Of a stretch of DNA of 20,000 bases, positions 1 to 8,219 are shown piece after piece; position 1 is the stretch's first letter, and each line of letters begins with the position of its first letter. The position numbers and the translations under genes were made by a program. Source of the stretch: Asterionella formosa (lineage: Eukaryota); assembly GCA_002256025.1 (NCBI GenBank), contig NKIB01012868.1:48824-68823 (forward strand), read 5' to 3'. The notes under the pieces are model-generated. The model made no database searches. It was not told the origin of the DNA and worked only from the letters and a program-made list of their open reading frames with translations.

Positions 1-211
1 TGTACCGGAATGCAAGTACTGGTATGTATGTAGCACGAAAATGATGGGTTACGTAGGCCAGACGGAGAAAAGTAGCATGTAGACAATATACCAAAAGCTA
101 CGCTTGGATCTTAGCAGCCGCAAATGAAAATGTGCCCGCCGGTGCCTTCCTCTCGACAGCCATGCAGAGTCCGAATAAATATATATATAAGTAAAAGCAA
201 ACAAAGCCACA

Positions 212-1934
212 ATGGGAAAGGAAAAGGTTCATATTTCCTTGGTCGTTATCGGCCACGTCGATGCCGGTATGTGATAATTAACATTGTCTTGCAAACTTTG
301 TGGAGGAGTGATTAGATAATCGAAGAGGACCATGAGGGGAAAGGTGCTGGCCTGCAGTCGATGTCTGGTATTAAATCTACGTAGACGAGGATTGCATGAC
401 CATCCAGACGACGTTGCTTCTACTAAGCGCTCAATGGAGCAGCCAACAGGACTACGAAGCGCCCTATGGATCAAACTCATTCACTACCAATGCTCTCGGT
501 TGCTTGGTCAGAATATCTTGTCGTCATCCCTATCTTGCCGTCATCCCTATAGTCAACGCGCTCGTTGGCACTACATGCGTTCAGTCCACGCTCAGAATCC
601 ATTTCACCAATTGTCGTCGTCAATCGTAACGTTCCAACCGTGTCTCACCCAGTTTTAATCACAAATCAGGAAAATCTACCACCACTGGTCACTTGATTTA
701 CAAGTGCGGAGGTATCGATAAGCGTACCATCGAGAAGTTCGAGAAGGAAGCCGCAGAACTCGGAAAGTCATCATTCAAGTATGCCTGGGTTCTTGATAAC
801 CTCAAGGCCGAGCGCGAACGTGGTATCACCATCGATATTGCTCTCTGGAAGTTCGAGTCCCCCAAGTACTCCTTCACTGTTATTGATGCACCCGGACACC
901 GTGATTTCATCAAGAACATGATTACCGGAACTTCACAGGCTGATGTTGCTGTCCTTGTCATTGACTCCTCCCAGGGAGGTTTCGAGGCTGGTATTTCCAA
1001 AGATGGACAGACCCGTGAGCACGCCCTTCTTGCTTACACCCTTGGAGTCAAGCAGATGATTGTCGCCCTTAACAAGATGGACGATAAGACGGTCAAGTAC
1101 GAGCAGGCCCGTTACGAGGAAATCAAGGCTGAAGTTGGATCCTACCTCAAGAAGGTTGGCTACAAGCCGATGAAGATCCCGTTCGTCCCTATCTCTGGAT
1201 GGGAGGGTGACAACATGATTGAAAAGTCCACCAATATGCCTTGGTACAAGGGACCTTACCTGCTTGAGGCCCTTGACACCTGCACTCCTCCTAAGCGTCC
1301 TACCGAGAAGCCACTTCGTCTTCCTCTTCAGGATGTTTACAAGATCGGTGGTATCGGAACTGTACCTGTCGGACGTGTTGAGACTGGTGTTATCAAGCCT
1401 GGTATCCATGCCATGTTCGCCCCTACTGGACTCGTAGCTGAAATTAAATCCGTCGAAATGCACCACGAATCCCTCCCTGAGGCCGTCCCTGGTGACAATG
1501 TTGGTTTCAACGTGAAGAACGTTGCCGTCAAGGATCTTCGACGTGGATTCGTCGCTTCCGACTCCAAGGCCTCCCCTGCCTCTGGAGTCTCCTCGTTCGA
1601 GGCGCAGGTCATTGTCATGAACCACCCAGGACAAATCTCCAACGGATACTCCCCTGTCCTCGATTGCCACACCGCCCATGTTGCTTGCAAGTTTGCACTT
1701 ATTAAGGAAAAGATGGACCGTCGTTCCGGAAAGGTCTTGGAAGAGAATCCCAAGTTCGTCAAGACTGGAGACGCCTGCATTGTCGATCTCGAGCCCACCA
1801 AGCCCCTTTGTGTGGAATCCTTCACTGACTTCCCTCCCCTCGGACGATTTGCCGTCCGTGACATGCGTCAAACTGTTGCTGTCGGAGTCATCAAGGGAAT
1901 CACCAAGGACGAAGGAAAGGGCAAGAAGAAGTAG
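212..1934 (+). CDS. EEF1A: Translation elongation factor 1-alpha; exons 212-266 and 670-1934 (439 aa)
   Basis: Exon 1 reads [18 protein letters not shown](G). A GTATGT...CAG intron joins it to [15 protein letters not shown] and restores the P-loop GHVDAGKS. DAPGH, NKMD and [15 protein letters not shown] are present. Strong codon bias. Confidence 0.99.
267..669 (+). other. EF-1alpha intron (403 nt, phase 1)
   Basis: Donor G|GTATGT at 267, CTCAC branch-like motif near 644-648, acceptor CAG at 667-669. Splicing restores the reading frame. Confidence 0.95.
300..487 (+). ncRNA. Candidate structured RNA element within the EF-1alpha intron (family unknown)
   Basis: Nested complementary segments found by eye: 306-317/470-482, 330-337/463-469, 344-348/458-462, 351-354/447-450, 357-368/404-412 and 413-420/436-443. 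Confidence 0.4.
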
Positions 1935-2066
1935 ACATGTTCTTAGTAATTATGATCAAATTTTCAAATAGATTAAAGGATTGTATCTGTGAGGCTCCCA
2001 AATCATTGTCTTGGTACACTATAATGTTCTCGGCATTCTAGTAGCATCCTTTATCTTAAATTTGAT

Positions 2067-2897
2067 TTAGTAGTCAGCCGTATTATTGATATCACTCTCC
2101 CAACAATCTGTTTCGATAGCGCCTTCAGCTGCTTCCAGCTGAATCTGTTTTGCTTGTTTTCGCTTCTCTGCATGACATGCCTGCATCGCATCGGGAATCC
2201 TGCCCTTTTCGAGCTTGACCACATCAAATTTATGTCCCTCAAACATCCGCTCGCTGTATTTGGCCCACGCTGCGAAATGACAAAGTGTGATGGATAGGCA
2301 TGATTGTGCGTCCAGTAGAATCGCAGACGATGCTGAACTACCATCCACTGGATCACAAAGTATGCTTACATGTGGTACATGGACAAAATCATCGCATACG
2401 TTCGCCAGATGAAGTGGTAGTCCTCTGGGTAGCTTGCTCAGCACGATGCAAGTATTGCCACCTTTTTGAAATGGCCTTGAATTGACGGGTAATGATTTGG
2501 CTGTAAATAAAGCATCCTTTTTGCTGTTGTCGAGACACACTTGAGCCAATCCAGTAATCGGGTCTGCTATTACACTGTAACCGGTCAGTGAAAAGGCGTC
2601 GGCGACTCCAACCAACATCCCTACTAGGCGATGGCATCCACATCCACCTTCTTCCACAGCTGTTCGCAGGTATAGATTCGCTTGTTCAACTGTTGGAAAT
2701 GCGATAATTGGAACATGTTTCGATGCCCCATGTGATCCCTCAGTAGAACATTTGTCAAATCCAACAGCAACAACTTGAGTCACAGCAAAAGCTGCTGCAC
2801 ATCGAAGAATCGGGCCCAGATTGTTACTCTTTTTTGAGTTTTCCAAAAGAAGAAATATTCGGGGAGTAGTTAATTCGTAACCCGAGACATCCGCCAT
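2067..2897 (-). CDS. SpoU/TrmH-family (SPOUT) RNA 2'-O-methyltransferase-like protein, 276 aa
   Basis: Motif 1 LLLENSKKSNNLGPILRCAAAF and a GSHGA loop. The C-terminal RGL...CDDFVHVPH...SITLCHFAAWA resembles SpoU motifs 2/3. ACAATGG start context as in EF-1alpha. Confidence 0.85.
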   Translation of the reverse strand: MADVSGYELTTPRIFLLLENSKKSNNLGPILRCAAAFAVTQVVAVGFDKCSTEGSHGASKHVPIIAFPTVEQANLYLRTAVEEGGCGCHRLVGMLVGVADAFSLTGYSVIADPITGLAQVCLDNSKKDALFTAKSLPVNSRPFQKGGNTCIVLSKLPRGLPLHLANVCDDFVHVPHVSILCDPVDGSSASSAILLDAQSCLSITLCHFAAWAKYSERMFEGHKFDVVKLEKGRIPDAMQACHAEKRKQAKQIQLEAAEGAIETDCWESDINNTADY

Positions 2898-3299
2898 TGT
2901 TGCACATAAATAGCAAATTGGTCAACTGGAACCTTTCTCGTAGATTTACACTTGAGGAAATCGACAGTTCAAGGAAAGCACGAATGTCACGGATCACAGG
3001 AAACTTATCATAGGCTTCGTAGAGCGATTTTGTTATCCTCAAGATGTCCGGAATACTACAGTCTGTATCTTGGTATCGTTATCGTCAAGGTACCTGGTAG
3101 AGAGAATTCGGCGGCGGCGAAAGGTTTCTTGTTCTGAAGCCACATAGAACCATGAGGATCATGATCATTCTTTGATATGCGTTCATACACGGAACATTCA
3201 TACTGAAGGTAAGACATGATTGAGGGTGGAGACTGCCTGCGAGTATTCTTGTGTTCGAGGCTTGGGAGGCGCGAGTAGGTTGACCGAACGAGTGGCGCC

Positions 3300-3409
3300 C
3301 ATTTGCCCATCATATAAAACATATATTGGATATTTCATATGTAGAGTTTTTGGATTCCTCAATCCTGCATTTGCCCATCATATAAAACATATTTTGTATA
3401 TTTCATATG
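3300..3409. repeat. 42-bp direct repeat, 2 copies (3300-3341, 3368-3409)
   Basis: CATTTGCCCATCATATAAAACATAT(A/T)TTG(G/T)ATATTTCATATG, two mismatches between copies, 26-bp spacer. Confidence 0.9.
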
Positions 3410-3414
3410 CTCCG

Positions 3415-3570
3415 TTTTTCGACTGCCAAACTACCTTCAATATTTTCAATAGCCCCTAGATTTTATTGCCGAAATCGACTGCATTTTATTTAAGGGAATT
3501 TGATTACTGATATCTATAGCCCCTCAATTGACTGCCGTTTACTTAAGGAAAATCGACTGCCGAAATCGGA
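3415..3570. repeat. Cluster of short repeats (TCGACTGCC / GCCGAAATCG / ATAGCCCCT)
   Basis: GACTGC x4, GCCGAAATCG x2, ATAGCCCCT x2 and TTA(T/C)TTAAGG x2 within about 150 bp. Confidence 0.7.
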
Positions 3571-4699
3571 CGAGAGTACGAGGAGCTACATGAAGGCACG
3601 AAATGATGGTTTTCTTTCAAGTGTTGACGGCAATTCCACTATTTACATCCCTGCTATCTTCCAGCATGCTCCGATGTATACAAAAGCTGGTCATTGATGT
3701 CTCAAGTACTGACTCCTCATCAAATGGATCTGGCTGGTTGTTGGATAATTCGATTTCTTATGGGATTCATATCGTTGCATTGTGCTTGCTTCGTCACAGT
3801 GGCGCCAAAATTTCGGTTCCCCTTTCTGTTGATTTCCGATAGCCTTTCCGGTCAACTCCTTCGCTAGATTTTATATGTAGTGATAAATAAATTAACGATT
3901 GTTCAAAAGTGACATCAATCAGTTGTTGAGTGTCAAAACTCAAAGCGTTATGGTAGGTCAAAGTTAGGCTTCCATCTCGCCATGGCACCGGTATTTTCGT
4001 CAGATATGATCAGCCGTTAAATTTTAAACATAATTTTGTAGTATGTTTTCTACGTGTCCTACACTATCTCAAATCAAATCTCGGCAGCAAGTTTTAGTGC
4101 TCACATGTTGGCTTTTTTCCGCTGCCCTACTACAATAACATTGTTTCATTGCTTTCTAATCACAATATTACTTTTGTTACTTCTGCATAATCTTCTACAA
4201 TGACAAAACGAAAAGTCGTCAATCTCAATGAGCTATCGCAAACTCCGCAAAGCAGCCGGAACATGATGGAGCTGGTGTTCTGCATTAACTCGTATTCAAC
4301 AAGGAAGAGAGGACAGGTATGTGCTTGTTAATAGTTGTTGTTGTATTCGATTTGCTGCCATGGTCGAGTATACTAATTATGAATTTTGATGAAGGCTATT
4401 GTCATGTTACTCCTCCACTTCCTGACGATGCAAGAAATCAGTATCCACTGGTCAAACCAGCTTGTCCAATGAGTTGAAATATGTGGCCAGTTGATTGTTG
4501 TTTTCACAAGATATAGTGTCCCATATTGCCCCTAAATAAAAAAATTACTTAAAGAAACCAAAAATTACTTAGACACCCACAGTTCTCATCGAAAAGCAAG
4601 ACGATAGCTAGGGTGGGGATTGCCAGTAAGTATCAGACAAACGATCTCAACTTATTCATACACACATTCTAAATCCAGGTAGCTAGGGTGGTATCTGGT

Positions 4700-5670
4700 A
4701 CTACTTTGTCAATACTTTACAATGTGCTGTGACTGCACCCACCTGCCAATCCCTATTTTGATTAGCCTCTTCCACTGAATCACACTGTCCACTTTGAAGT
4801 GCTTGGAAGGAACTGAGATCATTCATATTCATGTTGGATGAGTTTGCCAGTTGCCCGCCTGTTGAGTTTATATTCCATCCATCCACAGTATGGTAGCTGC
4901 TTCCAGAAAGAAAACATAATTGCTTCCAAAATGAGTGCTTGCATTTTTGTGTTGGATGTATACTGTCTTAGAAACATTCACACCAACTGGCCGCTTCTCC
5001 CAAATCGCCGGTATCACATTGTTGATGGTCATGGCTGTGTATATCTGCTTTGTAGCTATCATTGTCAATGCTGGCCTGTTGATCGAATTCCCAAGTGTGG
5101 AGTCTGATGAATGAAGGGCCATATACTATGATCTTGCCATCAAATGTGCACACTTGATCCTTGGACATGCAACAGCTGAAAGAAACATTTATGATCCTTG
5201 GGCTTTGTCATCCAAATTGTTCCCCCTCATCCCCTTGGTCAATTAAAACATCTCCTGTTTAACCTCTTGAACATAAATCCATTTTTCATCAACATGGGTG
5301 AAGTTTTTCAAGGTGATTCCACTTTAAATGGTTAACACAATTTAATCATGTCCCCCAGCAGTCTCTGGCAATCTTGTATGCTGATAATTTCGGAAGGTTG
5401 AGTGCTGATGCAAGCTTGCAATATGTGGTATGTTTGTGAAACAGGAATTTTTTCTAGCTGAAATTATCAAACAATTATATTTCTGCTGTGGCCAGCTAGT
5501 ACAGTCATGTATTTGCGGTAAAGGCAAATTTATCACTATCTTATAAATAGTAAGGGGCAAGTGGGCAATTCCACATGTATGTACACCAACAATCATGCCG
5601 AAATGACAGCAATAGAAAATGATCAAAATCTCAACAGAGCTACAATATCTGTTTCTTCTTCCCTTCATCT
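4700..5670 (-). mobile_element. Degenerate Tc1/mariner transposase remnant (DD39D / plant-mariner-like), with stops and frameshifts; boundaries approximate
   Basis: Collinear motifs across frames: THVDEKWIY (~5275-5300), MFLSAVACPR (~5159-5188), FDGKI..IWPF, SINRPA, VYIQHKNASTH and WNIN...QLANSSNMNMNDLSSFQALQS. These match the recalled family consensus HVDEKWF / KVMFLAAVARPR / FDGKIGIWPF / QQDNAxPH / QPPNSPDLNVLDLGFF. Confidence 0.85.
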
Positions 5671-6700
5671 CCTTCGACGTTGTGACTCTCCTTGCTTAAC
5701 GGTAGCGACAATACCACGGTGCACCCATGCGTTGATTCACGCGCCTGCTGGTTCCCCCAAATCGCCGCTATTTAGGTTCAATGGGTTTCCAGGATTAATT
5801 AAATTTCGATTTTTGGAGCACTGGCGCGCCCAAACTTCGTCATGACTTCACAGTAATTTCTAGGGTGTGTACAATTTTAAATCTTATTTTACAATGTAAT
5901 AATTTGTGTAGGTTCTACGACTTGGATCGTGATAGAAATTGAGGTTAGCCAATCAAATCATTTTCTGCGGAATGATCAGCATGACAACAACAAATATCTC
6001 TGCATCAGGCAGAAACAAAAATATTGTTCCAAAAGCATACAGCAAATCCAACAATATCAAGGTATCAGCCAGAGCATATTTGGCTCAGCAGCCAAAGCAG
6101 ATATGGAGCCGGAAGTCCATGCTGGATGGTGCAATGGTTGTTGTTCTGGCAGTAGCGGCAGACATTCCCCATGTAGGAAATTGTTTTGATTCAGAGGCAG
6201 TGTCAATGAAAAAATTCGCTCAACCAGGCCAATCTCCAAAAAGTGCTGCTGCTGAGTTTGAAGGTTTGAAGACTCTTTTCGACCAGTTGCATCTTCCAAA
6301 TAGGGCCGACACCACCAGCCACCAGGATGCTCAGCGTTTAGCTTAAGAGGTAATATGGTAACGAAAATGTGTCGCTGAAGGCACCTGAAAAACGGATCAA
6401 GCACTGGCTTGCTCATAATGCTTGATATGCTTATTATTTAATTACTAAAACAGAGGTTATGTTCATCTCTATGTAACAAGTAAAAAACGCATTTTTCGAG
6501 TTAGCTGACCCTCATGTAGAAAGATGGTTTATAGTATACGTAATCCGTCCTTGAATAAGCTGCTCGGTACTGAGGGTTCCGATAATCACTGCAATTATAC
6601 TGGTAATATTGGACGGGTCTCCTGTAACAAAAGTCCTACTAGTACATCATTCAGGTGGGTTATGAGTACCAGGTACACATGTCGAACCCTGCTGAGGGCC

Positions 6701-6708
6701 TGACGTCA
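6701..6708. promoter_or_regulatory. Palindromic CRE-like bZIP site TGACGTCA upstream of RPL23
   Basis: Exact octamer, flanked by C/G to give CTGACGTCAG. Function not shown. Confidence 0.3.
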
Positions 6709-6767
6709 GCACTTAGACTTTATGCATGTCCTCAAGTCGCCAGGCAGGAGCATCGCTCGCACCATTC

Positions 6768-6787
6768 ACCAGGTACCGGTACCTGGT
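6768..6787. repeat. Perfect 20-bp palindrome ACCAGGTACCGGTACCTGGT
   Basis: Self reverse-complementary. Member of the dispersed TACC(W)GGTA motif family. Confidence 0.9.
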
Positions 6788-6937
6788 ACCATCCTTCGTT
6801 GGGGCGGCAAATGCGCAGCGCAATCTTATCATCTGTCGACCCATGCGACCAACTCATCGAAAATCAGACTCTTACCTCTTACTGAAATCAATTCCACCTC
6901 GCTTGATGCTCCCAAATTATCGTCATAGAGACTTAAG

Positions 6938-7157
6938 GTGTGTCAATGGTGCTCGTTGACTTGCAATTGCCGGTGCCTGTAACCTATTCGCGATGCATTA
7001 TAAGATAGGACGTGAAAATATACTCTCGTGATTTAGAAACATGCGAACCGAACTGTAACTGCTATCGCGGACGAGCTATTGAGCTGATTCGAAATGGGTG
7101 TTGATTAGGCGGCATTGACTTTTTAGCTCACTCGTTTTATACCCTTCTGCTTTATAG
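6938..7157 (+). other. Putative 5'-UTR intron of RPL23 (220 nt)
   Basis: AAG|GTGTGT donor, CTCAC branch motif 7127-7131, pyrimidine tract and TAG acceptor 17 nt before the ATG. Confidence 0.55.
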
Positions 7158-7174
7158 TCTGGAAAAAACTAAAT

Positions 7175-7606
7175 ATGGGAGTTGAAGGAAAACGTGGACG
7201 TGCACTAGCCGCCGGTATCAAGCACAGGGTTTCGGCTGGTCTTCCAAATGCGGCTGTTATCAACTGTGCTGATAACTCTGGTGCAAAGAACCTTCGAATC
7301 ATTGCTGTGTGTAACATCAGTGGACGTCTTAATCGCCTCCCCAAGGCTGGTAGTGGTGACATGGTGATGGCTTCTGTGAAGAAGGGTAAGCCTGAACTGA
7401 GAAAGAAGGTCATGCCTTGTATTGTTGTCAGACAACGCAAGGCCTTCCGTAGAAAGGAGGGTGTTTTCATCCACTTTGAGGATTCTGCAGGCGTGATTGT
7501 CAATAACAAGGGCGAAATGAAGGGATCCGCAGTCTCTGGACCTGTTGCCAAGGAGTGTGCGGAACTCTGGCCCCGTATCGCTGCAAACTCAGGTTCAATC
7601 TTGTAA
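7175..7606 (+). CDS. RPL23: 60S ribosomal protein L23 (uL14), 143 aa
   Basis: [67 protein letters not shown]. Confidence 0.99.
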   Translation: MGVEGKRGRALAAGIKHRVSAGLPNAAVINCADNSGAKNLRIIAVCNISGRLNRLPKAGSGDMVMASVKKGKPELRKKVMPCIVVRQRKAFRRKEGVFIHFEDSAGVIVNNKGEMKGSAVSGPVAKECAELWPRIAANSGSIL

Positions 7607-8219
7607 ATCAATACTTGAATTTTATTATATCTGCGCTAGGTAGATTGTTGTTTCGCAGCTTGTTGTTGAGTCTTCGCATCAGTCTGTCTCCAAGGAGCAG
7701 AGTAACTTGTAGACGAGGAGGCCCACGATATCTTACGTAGTTTTGGCATTCATGCAGTTGACGCATTTCAGCGACATCTGATCAACCGATAGTGCTTGGC
7801 AGCCTCCTTAGTCTACGCAAAGCACATTTCACAAATCGAATAAAACTAGACCAAACCCCCTATACTACTTATGGCCCTATTATTTATCACGCTTGAGATG
7901 ATGACACGACCGACGGCACCGGTAGTCTAATATCAGCTACTATATTCACCCGCTGGTGTCTTGGTAGGCTAGTCTGAAGCCCGGTATCGTCAACCATTTA
8001 AGTCGTCTACTACCTGATGGAGCTCCTGGTAGGTCTACCGGTACTCCCAATCACCTGGTAGATTTAGATGCGACCAGATACAATAAAATAGCTACCGGCA
8101 ATTAAAGCGCTGACTATAACTACCGGAACAAAGGCACTGAGGAAAACTGCTCCTTTCCTGAGAAAGGCTTTTCCTTACCTATGTAGGGGAAACACACTTC
8201 CAATTTATCAGTATTACAC

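Noticed and set aside
335..590. RNase P/MRP-like words (GGGAAAGGTGCTG ... TTCAGTCCAC) in the EF-1alpha intron
   Set aside because: The two segments cannot form the P4 helix and do not match the CR-I/CR-V consensus.
698..1871. Long antisense ORFs (312, 175 and 100 aa) over EF-1alpha
   Set aside because: Shadow ORFs produced by strong codon bias; no protein motifs.
3300..3409. Repeat-spacer-repeat resembling a CRISPR array
   Set aside because: Only two copies, eukaryotic context, no cas genes.
3795..3810. CACAGTG (Transib/RSS heptamer-like)
   Set aside because: No nearby inverted partner, nonamer or Transib coding remnant.
4560..5878. AAAATTACTTAGACACCC and GGGTGTGTACAATTTT as mariner TIRs
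   Set aside because: Weak match, and the GGGTG ends face the wrong way to enclose the transposase.
5939..6346. 135-aa ORF
   Set aside because: No recognisable motif or clear start; lies in the decayed zone.
7123..7611. 162-aa antisense ORF over RPL23
   Set aside because: Shadow of the conserved ribosomal protein gene.
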